Notes: a model not told the origin generated them from the sequence alone. A stretch of DNA of 63,761 nucleotides, filler included, from Octopus bimaculoides (GCF_001194135.2; 10 parts of 10 records of this genome joined end to end with filler, not necessarily neighbours in it); one strand, 5' to 3'. Numbered from the whole stretch's first letter, positions 1 to 15,002 are shown. Made by a program: numbers and translations.

Positions 1-33
<33 letters not shown>

Positions 34-329
34 GAGAGAGAGAGAAATACACAGACTCATGCACACACAAATACACATATATATATATTAAATATTACAG
101 GTATGAGGACTAACATGCAGTACTGCATTTCTGCAGTCAATGCACGTCTAGTATTAGACTGTTAGTATTTTAAACAGTAGTGTAAGATAGTTCGTCTGAA
201 GTTGAAATAATTTTGTCCCACCACACCCATTGTCAGTACTAATGTCACTGTTCTATGGCCTTCAACAAAGCAGCTATGTTTCAGATACGCTAGTAAATGA
301 CTCGGAGCTTATTACAATGTAAAATGAGA

Positions 330-545
330 GGTAGCGAGCTGACAGTATTCTTAAAATGTCCCACAAAATGCGTGGCTGCGTTTCTCAGGCACTTCAGATT
401 CATAGTTCACATGCCAACAATGTCGACTTCACCTGTCATCCTTTTGAGATCATGGAAATAAGCATCAGTTGATGTACGAATGGAATTGCAACTCCCTCCC
501 CACCACCTCTCAAAATGAGCGGTCTTGTGCCAAAATTAGACGTAC
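330..545 (+). mobile_element. Decayed tRNA-headed SINE, family B (window-local label)
   Basis: GGTAGCGAGCTGACAG...GTCGACTTCACCTGTCATCC...CTTGTGCCAAAATT aligns by eye with the copies at 10371 and 35327. Confidence 0.5.
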
Positions 546-1744
546 AATGAGAAAATTGAATGTTATTTCTTTCAGCAGAGATGCCGAAAACTGGTAATAA
601 AACATTTATCGTTGTAGCGAAGTGAAGTATTCTTTGTTGGCCCGTTCGCGTACGAGGGATAGATGGAAAGAGAAAAGGGGAGAGAGAGAGAGAGGGGGAG
701 AGAGAGTGAGTGAGAGAGAGAGAGAGAGAGAGAGTGNNNNNNNNNNNNNNNNNNNNNNNNNNNNNNNNNNNNNNNNNNNNNNNNNNNNNNNNNNNNNNNN
801 NNNNNNNNNNNNNNNNNNNNNNNNNNNNNNNNNNNNNNNNNNNNNNNNNNNNNNNNNNNNNNNNNNNNNNNNNNNNNNNNNNNNNNNNNNNNNNNNNNNN
901 NNNNNNNNNNNNNNNNNNNNNNNNNNNNNNNNNNNNNNNNNNNNNNNNNNNNNNNNNNNNNNNNNNNNNNNNNNNNNNNNNNNNNNNNNNNNNNNNNNNN
1001 NNNNNNNNNNNNNNNNNNNNNNNNNNNNNNNNNNNNNNNNNNNNNNNNNNNNNNNNNNNNNNNNNNNNNNNNNNNNNNNNNNNNNNNNNNNNNNNNNNNN
1101 NNNNNNNNNNNNNNNNNNNNNNNNNNNNNNNNNNNNNNNNNNNNNNNNNNNNNNNNNNNNNNNNNNNNNNNNNNNNNNNNNNNNNNNNNNNNNNNNNNNN
1201 NNNNNNNNNNNNNNNNNNNNNNNNNNNNNNNNNNNNNNNNNNNNNNNNNNNNNNNNNNNNNNNNNNNNNNNNNNNNNNNNNNNNNNNNNNNNNNNNNNNN
1301 NNNNNNNNNNNNNNNNNNNNNNNNNNNNNNNNNNNNNNNNNNNNNNNNNNNNNNNNNNNNNNNNNNNNNNNNNNNNNNNNNNNNNNNNNNNNNNNNNNNN
1401 NNNNNNNNNNNNNNNNNNNNNNNNNNNNNNNNNNNNNNNNNNNNNNNNNNNNNNNNNNNNNNNNNNNNNNNNNNNNNNNNNNNNNNNNNNNNNNNNNNNN
1501 NNNNNNNNNNNNNNNNNNNNNNNNNNNNNNNNNNNNNNNNNNNNNNNNNNNNNNNNNNNNNNNNNNNNNNNNNNNNNNNNNNNNNNNNNNNNNNNNNNNN
1601 NNNNNNNNNNNNNNNNNNNNNNNNNNNNNNNNNNNNNNNNNNNNNNNNNNNNNNNNNNNNNNNNNNNNNNNNNNNNNNNNNNGTGTGTGTGTGTGTGTGT
1701 GTGTGCGTGTGCGTGCGTGTATGTGTGTGTGTGTGAAAGTTTTT

Positions 1745-2070
1745 GCCGTGTGGTAAGAAGCGTGCTTCCGCGCATGCGTTGGTCAGTGTTTTTCTTTGCA
1801 GTGCTAGGAGCAACGACGCTGTTCACTGCGTTAGAGTGGGAGATTTAGCTCACCCAAACAGTGGATGAAAGACTTTGAAGAGAGGACGGTGGTGTTGAGG
1901 ACTTACTCAAAGACGCTCGACACCATCGCCCTCTTTAAAAAGATCCAAATTGAAAAAGAGTTGGCAGATACTCTGCCATCTATAAAATTTATTTCCAGGG
2001 TGGGGGTCAAGTATGCAACGGTGTGGTTGCTATTGAACACCCCTGAGGAGGCTTCTTGGTGAGATTTGGA
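1745..2070 (+). mobile_element. Possible 5' end and ORF1 N-terminus of a non-LTR retrotransposon (L1/Tx1-like), truncated
   Basis: Non-repetitive, GC-richer island with a 65-aa ORF at 1865-2062 (MKDFEERTVVLRTYS...VKYATVWLLLNTPEEA) whose alternating hydrophobic pattern is RRM-like. The family assignment is inference only. Confidence 0.25.
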
Positions 2071-2137
2071 GTCAATATGTACAAATACATAGCAAAAGTC
2101 AAACATAATAATAAGAAGAATAGCAATAGGAACTGCA

Positions 2138-4138
<2,001 letters not shown>

Positions 4139-4329
4139 NNNNNNNNNNNNNNNNNNNNNNNNNNNNNNNNNNNNNNNNNNNNNNNNNNNNNNNNNNNNNN
4201 NNNNNNNNNNNNNNNNNNNNNNNNNNNNNNNNNNNNNNNNNNNNNNNNNNNNNNNNNNNNNNNNNNNNNNNNNNNNNNNNNNNNNNNNNNNNNNNNNNNN
4301 NNNNNNNNNNNNNNNNNNNNNNNNNNNNN

Positions 4330-4395
4330 ATAAAATATCAGTGAATCTTTTTCTCGATAAGGATTTACCGAGAAAAAGATTCACTGATATTTTAT
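4330..4395. repeat. Perfect 27-bp inverted repeat with a 12-nt loop (palindromic MITE-like or hairpin)
   Basis: ATAAAATATCAGTGAATCTTTTTCTCG (4330-4356) is the exact reverse complement of 4369-4395. Confidence 0.9.
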
Positions 4396-4484
4396 CTTAT
4401 CGAACCCTTTCGAATTACATCCAACTGTGCTAGGTAAAGAAAAAACAGCTGCTGGAGCCAGCTAATGATGAGGATGCTAATAAT

Positions 4485-4516
4485 TACGATGACGATGTGG
4501 ATGAAGATAATGACGG

Positions 4517-4557
<41 letters not shown>

Positions 4558-4652
4558 GTGGTGGTGAGGAGGAAGAGGTAGTACAGAAGAAGAAGAAGAA
4601 GAAGAAGAAGAAGAAGAAGAAGAAGAAGAAGAAGAAGAAGAAGAAGAAGAAA
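4485..4652. repeat. (GAT)n followed by (GAA)n microsatellite
   Basis: Directly visible. Confidence 0.9.
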
Positions 4653-4995
4653 GGAATGACGAAAAAATACAAAGAAACCTTGAAATAAAAAGAAAAATGA
4701 AAACATACGCAAAGGGTGAAGTGAACGCATGGCCTTGGGATTAATATTTAATGAATAACGTAAAAATATAATTTAAGATATTTTGGCAAATATGTCTCTG
4801 CATTGATTTAAAGGCTTTCAGTTACTTTATTCTAATAATGATAAAGAAGTTGTGTGCCCTAATCTATTAGTTTGAAAGAGGAGCAAATTCATACTTGTCA
4901 TGCAATTCAGATATTTGCAGATACTCAGAGACATACGTAGGCACACACACACACACACACACATATGTATACACACACACACTCACACACACACA

Positions 4996-5078
<83 letters not shown>

Positions 5079-5159
5079 CATACTGTGTAGTTTAACACCT
5101 AACGTGTAAAAAGTATGTATGTCAAAGTCATGTAGAATATGAAAATTTGTGTTAAGGCT

Positions 5160-5290
5160 TCTCTCTCAACCACATGGTTCCGGGTTCAGTCCCAGAATTT
5201 CGCACCTTGTTTATGTATCGTCTAATATATGTATCAAGCAGATCCACTTGTAACTGGATTTGGTTGACAGAAACCGAAAAAAAATGTCAT
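5160..5290 (+). mobile_element. SINE family A fragment (head and body)
   Basis: AACCACATGGTTCCGGGTTCAGTCCC...GGATTTGGTTGACAGAAACCGAAA matches the copies at 38110 and 40195. Confidence 0.55.
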
Positions 5291-5494
5291 TGTATATGCA
5301 CACACATGCACAGACACACACACGTACACGCACGCACTCACACACGCATGCTCAAACATGCACACGCACTCACACATACATGCATGTAAGTATGTATGTA
5401 GGTATGTATGTATATATGTATGCTTGTGTGTATATATGCATGTATGCATTTATGTCATTATTAAGTTTTATATCAAGATTTCTTGCCAATAGAA

Positions 5495-5540
5495 AAAGAA
5501 CCGGTTTCTACCCTAGATCCAAGGGTTCTTCATTATAATT
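5495..5540 (-). ncRNA. Decayed hammerhead-like motif, core mutated, probably inactive
   Basis: Minus strand reads ATAATGA-AGA-ACCCT-tggatct-AGGGT-A-GAAAC-CG-GTT. The 5-bp stem II and palindromic AACCGGTT are retained but CUGANGA is degraded. Confidence 0.3.
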
Positions 5541-6319
5541 TCAACATCAACAGAGAATATTTGTATGTAAGCATATAGGAAGTCTTCGAAGTCATATGCA
5601 TATGCAGACTTGTAAGCTCTGTTTTATGTATTTTTCGTTTTTATGTATGTATAGCCATTAGTTCTTTGAAGAGTACAAAATAAACGTACTCTTTGGAAAT
5701 GTAAGTTTGACATTACAAAGCTCAGAAATTACCTAAAGCGATTATGTTTTAAAACAAAACAAAATGGTTATTATTACAATAGGATTTACAGATATTTTCT
5801 GTTTGGTATTTTGATATGCTTCATTTTATATATTTACACATGTTTAAAAAATACTGACATTTTGGTACATTAAAATAATTTATTCTCATTTGATACATAA
5901 GCATATCGTTCGATTTCGTTTCATAATCACTTCTGTGTACTTAGTAAAAGAAAAGCAAAGCATTTGTAATTTATGGAAAGTAAACTAATGCAATCCCCAA
6001 TGAATTCACTGTTAAAATACATTTATTACTCTATATTTATGTTCTTCGGTCTAGCGATTTGTATATATGAGTCATGCGATTCTGATTTCAGTAAAGATGG
6101 CATTTTCAGTATTACATTATTTTTTTTATCATTTGCAATCTCTATTTATTCATTCATTTACTTATTTATTTAAAAATACTGATTCTCTCATATCGAAAAA
6201 ATTTTAAATTATATAAATGAGAAGATGGTTATTAATTAACTCGATTGGAGGCGTATAGCAAACCACCAGATGCAATGTTGATTAAAAATTAGAACTGTAA
6301 CCGAAAAAAATGTGTGTGT

Positions 6320-6361
<42 letters not shown>

Positions 6362-7065
6362 AAACACACACACATATATATACATACATATATATATATA
6401 TATATAGACATACGCACTGGTGCGTGTGTTTATCACTATTGACGTAATGACCGTCCCAAGACACAAGATTTCTTTCTACACACGAATTCACATCAAGAAT
6501 TTTGCAAACCAAATACAAAGAAGTGTCTCGGTTGTAGCTGGAACAAGGAAGGCGTGTTCTTGTTTGTCTTCTCTCCTAGCTTGATTTACACGTTCGCCAC
6601 CACAACCTCATTAGCAGCCCTTCCTGTTTCTTTTCACTCTCCTGTTTGTGTTACCAATTTTGACCCTCCGCAAAATCCCAAATTTTATTTAATTTGCTTT
6701 GCGGGAGCAACTGTTTTATCGAAAGCGTATATTGTTGTTAAATGCTCGAAATACGAGACTAGAAAAACGGCCAACAACTGATGAAGGGTCGTTCTTTATG
6801 TTTTTTGTCTTGTTTTCCATTTGCGTCTTTCGTTGTTCGAAAGAATAGTTCATGTTCCATATAGTCGTACTTCGTAGTTCTTTTGTTGTACACGTTTCGT
6901 GACGTCCTGTACACACATATGCATACATATATACGTATAGATGTACGTACATATACGTATATATATATTCATATATATATATATATTATTTTGCTGCCGT
7001 CCTACAGAATGGCAACATCATTTTCATAATCCTCTAGTACTATTAGCATTAGCACAAAAAGCCTG

Positions 7066-7124
<59 letters not shown>

Positions 7125-7428
7125 GCTACTACTACTACTGTTTTTGATACCATCAACTGATGATTTTATTCTGAACACAATCGTTACTGCCACATATAAA
7201 TCCCGCAAATATAGCAATCACTATAAGAGTGAGAAGAAAATCATAGACAAAATCAGGAGAAATGAAGTCTCGAAAAGTTTAATTTGGATATTTCCATATT
7301 CTGGAGATTTAATCTAACTGCAATAAATTAATATAAATAATATTGTTTTTTGTTTAGATTTTTTTCAGATATATATTTATAATATTTCCCAATTTCAACT
7401 GTACCGTTTGTAAATGTTTGTGTAGGTG

Positions 7429-7466
<38 letters not shown>

Positions 7467-8752
7467 NNNNNNNNNNNNNNNNNNNNNNNNNNNNNNNNNN
7501 NNNNNNNNNNNNNNNNNNNNNNNNNNNNNNNNNNNNNNNNNNNNNNNNNNNNNNNNNNNNNNNNNNNNNNNNAAATAGATGAAGTATTTTTTTTTACAAA
7601 AAGCCGATAAAAATGTTTTACGCACACTAGTTAAAATTTAAATTTATTCATGGTTCCGAGTTTTGTGTCTACGTGTTTGTAATAAAAGCACAGACGCACA
7701 AGAACATGTATGAACGTATGTAAATTTGTACGCGCGTGTGTGTGAGTGTGTGTGTGTCTGTGTGTGTACAGATATATATGCATACAACATAAATATATAT
7801 ATTTACATGCTGATATAGGGCAGTCAGCGGCTCCTGAGTGGGCTATATCTTCGCCAACGTGGTGCTTACCCGTTTGAAATTAGTTGCTTAGCTTTGAACT
7901 GTAACACTTGGTTTTGCTATAACAGTAATTATATTCAAATGAGCTCGAGGCAAACGAATAAGCGATATAAAAGCAACATAAAAAGCGATATAGAAAGCGA
8001 TATAAAAAATGACAATTTCTCTACAAGCTTACGACTGTTATATGTAATTCGTATACATTTCACAGAGTGTCATAGAATTTGTTGCATAGTACAATATATA
8101 CGACTTAAGGCTATANNNNNNNNNNNNNNNNNNNNNNNNNNNNNNNNNNNNNNNNNNNNNNNNNNNNNNNNNNNNNNNNNNNNNNNNNNNNNNNNNNNNN
8201 NNNNNNNNNNNNNNNNNNNNNNNNNNNNNNNNNNNNNNNNNNNNNNNNNNNNNNNNNNNNNNNNNNNNNNNNNNNNNNNNNNNNNNNNNNNNNNNNNNNN
8301 NNNNNNNNNNNNNNNNNNNNNNNNNNNNNNNNNNNNNNNNNNNNNNNNNNNNNNNNNNNNNNNNNNNNNNNNNNNNNNNNNNNNNNNNNNNNNNNNNNNN
8401 NNNNNNNNNNNNNNNNNNNNNNNNNNNNNNNNNNNNNNNNNNNNNNNNNNNNNNNNNNNNNNNNNNNNNNNNNNNNNNNNNNNNNNNNNNNNNNNNNNNN
8501 NNNNNNNNNNNNNNNNNNNNNNNNNNNNNNNNNNNNNNNNNNNNNNNNNNNNNNNNNNNNNNNNNNNNNNNNNNNNNNNNNNNNNNNNNNNNNNNNNNNN
8601 NNNNNNNNNNNNNNNNNNNNNNNNNNNNNNNNNNNNNNNNNNNNNNNNNNNNTGCGTGTGTGTATTTCATCTTCCTTCTTTTGTTTAGCATATATATATG
8701 TATATATTTATATAAATATGTCTTCATATATATAATGTATATGTAGTCATTC

Positions 8753-8832
<80 letters not shown>

Positions 8833-10370
8833 ACGTAATATGTGTGTGTTTGTGTATGTGTGTGCATGTGTGTGTGTCTATCAAATTGCTGACTACAGTA
8901 TTCGTACTCAGAAACCATCTCATATAAATGCTAGGCTCTGCATAGGTTTACGTAAAACGAATCGAACAGTATCACCTGGTCATTGCCCTCTCGACAGTCG
9001 TGAAGACTTCATCTCTTTTTAAAGGAAAATAACATTGGCCTACGCTTAAACCTACTTCAATGAGAAATAAGAGTTCCCTTCACTAATTTGCATATGTGAA
9101 TATTGGTTTGCTATGTATATGATTTAACAAGACTTCTGAAACACTATGTATGTCTATTAAAATATTCGAAGCTAAGTCTATTTAGAAATAACATGTTGTG
9201 TTCTATTTATTACAGTAATACTGTAGTTGCATGCTATCTGCTATGTTTAGGAGCGTTATTGAACTTAACAGCCTCACTGGGATACGGAAATTGTGGTAAA
9301 ACTGAAATTCTTTCTGTTAGAACAGAAATTGAATGCACAGCTGCAACACGATATTTTTATGACAATAACTTCAAGGTGAGGATAGCACTGACATTTAAGT
9401 ATCGGATAGATTTATGTCTGCGTTTGAGTTCAAATATTGCTAGATATCAAATTTCGCCTTCCTCTTTTCGGGATCGATAAATAATGTGCCAGTCTTGTGC
9501 AGAAGTCGTACGTTATTTATCTCCTCCCTCTCTCTTTCTCTCTCTCGAACACGTTACAATGAAGTAGAGAAATTTGAAAAGACAACACGAAACCGGTTAT
9601 TTCTCAAAATACAATGTTTATATACCAAAAAGATTTTCTAACATTTTTCTAACATTTTTCTGACATAATTTAAATATATACTTTAACCATGTAACACAAG
9701 CCTTGTGTAGTTTTTTCACTCTTATTATCTTTTATACATTCAACCACGTGCTTTCACATACCAACTTTGTCACCTATATATATATATATAAAGGAAGCAG
9801 CGGTGGTTAGATATCGAGTACGATGAGTTCCACCAGATTCTTAAAAAATGTTTAAGCTACGCCGAATGCTTAATGGCGTCCCTAGGAGTCTGCACAAGGC
9901 AATGTCCATTTTCCCGGAAACGTAATTGTTTCGTTTCTTTATTGTAGACTTTTGTCTAAGACCGTTTTGCAATTCTTTGTTACAGTGTCAATCATCAAAT
10001 CTCAGTTTTTATTATTAGTCAGAATTATTATCTTTAGTTGGCAGCATTGATTCTGTATTTTGTTGAATATTTGTGTAGTTGTATGTTGACCTAGTCGAGC
10101 TTTATTTCTCTTTTCACCATTCAGAAATATAACTGTTATTTCCAGCGTCAGATGAAACTGTATCACATTGCACTGATTTAACACCGGTTCAATACCACAG
10201 CAGGGGTATTCAGTTGAATACAGATACAATACGCGGGAGATAGCGTGGGAATCCGGCACTCCTGGGATAATTAGAGCACAACATGCTACTTCTGAATGGG
10301 TTTTCGTGTGAAGGTTTTCATTAGCATGAATAAACTTGCAAAAATTATGTTAATTAATATACAACGTAGA

Positions 10371-10602
10371 GTGGCGAGCTAGCAGAATCGTTAGCACGCC
10401 GGGCGAAATGCTAAGAGGTATTTCGTCTGCCGTTACGTTCTGAGTTCAAATTCCGCCGAGGTCGACTTTGCCTTTCATCCTTTCGCGGTCGATTAAAGAA
10501 GTACCAGTTACTCACTGGGGTCGATGTAATCGACTTAATCCCTCTGTCTGTCCATGTCTGTCTCATCTATGTTTAGCCCCTTGTGGGCAATAAAGAAATA
10601 AA
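10371..10602 (+). mobile_element. Near full-length tRNA-headed SINE, family B
   Basis: Head GTGGCGAGCTAGCAGAATCGTTAG, B-box-like GAGTTCAAATTCC, body GGTCGACTTTGCCTTTCATCC, tail GCCCCTTGTGGGCAATAAAGAAAT. Many homologous copies in the window. Confidence 0.9.
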
Positions 10603-11828
10603 TATACAACGCAACGGGATGTAGTGATAACCAAATGAGTGACTGAAGCTTTATTATTCATCGCACAGACTTCATTATTTGGTTCTAATCGATACCAAAG
10701 ACATTCTACTAGCGATCGTGTTTGCTTGCCCAACCATGTATATTAACTAAACTGCTACGATTGATGGACTGTTCCATAACCTAAAGACATGTATCTGAAA
10801 TATGCACTCATAGAACCTGATAAATCTTGCGGTGATTTCCTTGGCTTGAAGAAAATTCAGGGACATTTTTTATAGTTACACTTGCAAGTTTATTAATCCA
10901 AGCTTACAAGTCAATTAATAGAAAATCCACAAGAATTTTCAGAACACTAATGCTTCTGCAGCACCACTTCTGCTCAATGGAATTCATAATACCACCATAA
11001 TTATTTTCCTTTCATATCATTAACTTATTTAACCTCATGCCACCCTGAAAATGTATTAAAGATGTATTAAGACTTGACATAGGTGTGGTGACATAAACAG
11101 GAGCATTACTTTCTTGAGGCTTAAATACGTACTGGGTCAGCTAATCCTAGATTTGTAGAATTATACGTCAGACATATCCTGAAAAACCGTTCCAGATCTT
11201 CTCACCAATCTCCCACCATACTTTTAATTGCAAGAGATTACGTGATGCCGTTAAACCACATCATTCTCTACAGCTTTTATGATTAATGACTTCGAAACAG
11301 AGTGGTAGAATAATTAATTCCCCATTACACAAGATAGCATCTTTAAATGTTAACATATTTTTCAAAGACTGATTTGGGCTTTCAACTACCGAATAATTAC
11401 TGCAAGTTATTATTTAAAAGCCTGTTTAATACATCAGATAAAGTATTATCGTTTGGAATCTTCGAATTTACATTTCAACATGTTAGAACTTCAATCTCTA
11501 CAAAATGTTTCTTAAAAAACGTCATATTATTTATCTCGTTAATTCAAACCAAAATAGTTCATGAAAAGTATTCTTTAATGTATGGAAATGTGTCTAACAG
11601 TTTGGCTTTGCAGCGATGTACTTTTCAGTTCAGTCCCTGAATATGGCATCTTGGACAAATGTCTTCGACTCTGGCCTTGGGCCCACGAATACCTTTTGAC
11701 TGGATCTTACAAAAGATAACTATTTAGAAACACACCATGTACGTATATANNNNNNNNNNNNNNNNNNNNNNNNNNNNNNNNNNNNNNNNNNNNNNNNNNN
11801 NNNNNNNNNNNNNNNNNNNNNNNNNNNN

Positions 11829-11859
<31 letters not shown>

Positions 11860-12249
11860 TGTATATATATATATATATGTGTGTATGTGTGTGGGGATGT
11901 ATGTATGTATATATATATATACATACATACAGAGTCTAGCTTTAACATATTAGGAATCCACCTAGAAGTCATTCCTCTTATGTGTGTTTGTGTGTGAGTG
12001 TGTGTGAGAGAGAGTGAGAGTGCCTTTGAGCTTTGGGTTATTCTCCACTGCTTCTCAACGGGTGTTGGTTCGATTAAAACCTCATAATGTAAACTCTTCT
12101 TTAAAAGGGAATGATGGAATAAGTGCCATGCCTTAAATATAGATAAGTACTGGTTCCGATTTGTTCGACTCACCCCAACAAGACGATGCTTTCGTATGGT
12201 TATACTTATGAAGACAGTAGCAAAAACCTTCAGAGTAATGTATTGCCTC

Positions 12250-12760
12250 GTGCTACGGATCGCATGTGCATTCCTTTTGATATGAACATGTGACATTTGA
12301 GACAGTTGAGAATCATCGAATTCGTGTTCAAATTTCTGTGAATATATTAACAATTTTCTTTTGTAACCAGATTACTTTTGTAACCCATGATCGGAAACAA
12401 GATTATCTGGCGAACAAGAGAATCTGTAAAGCTTCGAGTACAGTGTACGATCGACTGTGTTTCCTTTTTGATATTTCAAGCATTTTGTTTCAGCTGAATT
12501 TGATGCTCTTAACACTTATAAGGTGGCTAGATTTTGATATTTTAATGATGTGTCGTTTCTCTTTTTGCATCATTTGTGAAGGTCTGTTCACTCCTAACAT
12601 CATAAATTTAAACAACGGGCTTTCATACTCATTTCATATTTATATGCTCAAATGCTTCGGTCTTGCTGGATTCTCTATGAAATTGAAAAGCAATATCAAC
12701 GAATTGATGCCATGGGTGATATGTGCTTTGAATAATGATTATTATATCTCCCAAAGAAAC
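12250..12760 (-). pseudogene. Possible highly degraded Ty3/Gypsy-like integrase remnant
   Basis: Minus-strand frames give KMLEISKRKHSRSYTVLEALQILLFAR followed by PDNLVSDHG, resembling the integrase core SKWxE...LFARFGxPxxLVSDNG. Contains stops and frameshifts. Confidence 0.3.
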
Positions 12761-13834
12761 TACCTACTCCAAGAGAATATTCTAATTGCCTCATATCCAT
12801 CAATGATTTACATTCAGAATTCTCGATACAAACCGATAATCTGCAGATATAACCTGCTATGTTCACAAGGCATTTCACTAGTTTCGAACATCGATTTGTT
12901 ATCTAGGTTGATCCCGATAACCTGATCTCTGGTAATTCAATACCCTTAATCGTTTTATCTACCCTGGTATGTTGACTTCCATATGCGTCAGCACTAATGT
13001 ATTCATCACTTCGATAAATAATAGGTTTATCAATGCAGTTTCTAATAATATATTCTTTTGCTCCCAGAAACTAGCGTTGGTTGTTTCAATTCCACACGGA
13101 AAGCTCTATAAACATGTTAAGTGTTGTATTCATTGCTATAGCGTCTCTTATTTTAGAACTCATTAGCATCTCATGTTGTCGCGCTATCAAATTCAATTTA
13201 GCAAAATAATTCATGCCGGAAAGCCAATAAAGTACCATCTATTTTAGGACATCGATAAGAATCTGAATAAATACATTTGCTCTTCGATTTAGAAATATAG
13301 GAAATGTGACCATTCTTAGACGTTAAGTTTTCAGACTAATTGTCAAAGCGAAGTAGAATCCCACGTGTTCGTCGATTCGAATAAAAGAAAATGCTATAAA
13401 GCCATCGACCCTTGGGGATATTTGAAGTCAATCACGCAAAATTATTCACAATGCTGTCCATAATATATTTTGCTCGAAAAATAAATATTATGTAAGTGCC
13501 AGATCCTTACAACAGATGGATTGTGATACACCAGCTAAAATAATAATAGAGTAATCGTACAGGACGTGTCCTGCTGGTAGGAATCGATCTGAAATGCATT
13601 GTTTTAGAGAAAACAATAGTTGTTATTCTCCTCTCAAAATCTGTCATTCAGGAATCAAACTAATTTTGTTTCCTTTCTTGCTTTATTCTGTTACGTGGTT
13701 GCTTTAATTATATTCTAAATAACGAAAAAAAAAACTGTCCCTCACTCTCACGCGTTGGGTTTTCCTCGCGTTACGACAATTTAACTGTACTTTTTCTGAC
13801 ACTTCAGCGATACTTATAAATTTATACGTATATA

Positions 13835-14215
13835 TTTGGTCATCCCATAAATAATGAGGATTTTTATACTTCTATTTTTCAAAATTAAGATAGACAAAGT
13901 TCTTTTTAATCTAAAATATACTCTCCTTCATTTTCTACAATGCTTTTCCATCTATGTGGTAGATTTGCAAGGTCACTCTTCCCAAATTCACTTGTCCATG
14001 CCGAAAGATACTTCTCCAGTACTGTTCTGACCTCGTGAACAGAATTCATATTTTCTCCGTCCAAATAATTTTGAAGACTGTGGAATAAATGATAATCAGA
14101 TGGAGAAATGTCTGGTGAATATGGTGGATGGGGCATCATTTCTCATTCAAACGCCTTCAACCTTTGGAATATTATCCTCGCTGTATGTGGCCGAGAATTA
14201 TCCTGAAATTACTTA
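13835..14215 (-). mobile_element. Mariner (Tc1/mariner) transposon 3' remnant with terminal inverted repeat
   Basis: QDNSRPH...PHPPYSPDISPSDYHLFHSLQN...LPHRWKSIVENEGEY matches the mariner HDNARPH and YSPDLAPSDYHLF motifs, with an in-frame stop. A TIR-like TTTGGTCATCCCATAA follows a TA at 13833-13834. Confidence 0.9.
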
Positions 14216-15002
14216 CAATAAAACTGCACAATTACAAATTGTACTGATTACTATATATGTATGAAATTATACTCATTTCAAATTATATTTTCGGCGAGTT
14301 AACTTGTGATTCCTAAATGGCCATGTAACCTTCATATACTTAAAGGTATCTTCGGCCTGCTGAGTCGGTAGCGGAATACCCTTCATTGAGTAATCATTAC
14401 ATGAGAGGAAGCATATGTAGCTTGGAAATAAAAGAAGTGATGAAATTTCCGTAGATCTGAACCAAAGATCAGTTAGAAATACCTCCAATATAACTCTCAA
14501 ATCACATGCTACCATTATGAACATAAGGAACGCTAGAATAGATCGGAAGAGATGGAGTTAGAAACGGAAATACAAGATTAGTGTATATATGTAAATTTTC
14601 TTCGAGATGTCATGGATTGAAAGAATAAAAACAGCCAAAACAACAATAAACCACATAAAAATCACGAGCAACGATGATTGTGGTTGAAAGAAAAATGTAT
14701 ATGTATCTCACCCGATAGAACCTTACGGGGGACTCGGTCAAGAGCTCAGGAGCAGCACATTCGTGAAAGCTTTTAATTACACAAATCCAATCTCAAAATT
14801 AAATTTGTCATTTGCTTTTCAATGAACTATTCTTTAATGAGCATCGCCTTTTATGTTGACCTTCATCGGTCTTGATTAAATTTTAATTAATATATTGATT
14901 ACCTGTATATTTGTGAGAAGCGCCGAGAGTATTGTCTATTGGTTTGAATTAATTACCTTAATTATTCTTCCGTTTGTCTCTTGATTTCTGATTGATATAT
15001 AT

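Noticed and set aside
572-1848. Long ORFs of 250-410 aa here and at about 7.9-8.7, 30-31, 42.7-43.3 and 52.6-53.6 kb
   Set aside because: They run through N gaps (X residues) flanked by microsatellites.
6775-6850. CTGATGAAG as a hammerhead core; similar isolated cores at 27861, 45558 and 59117
   Set aside because: No properly placed stem II plus GAAAC-GUH follows.
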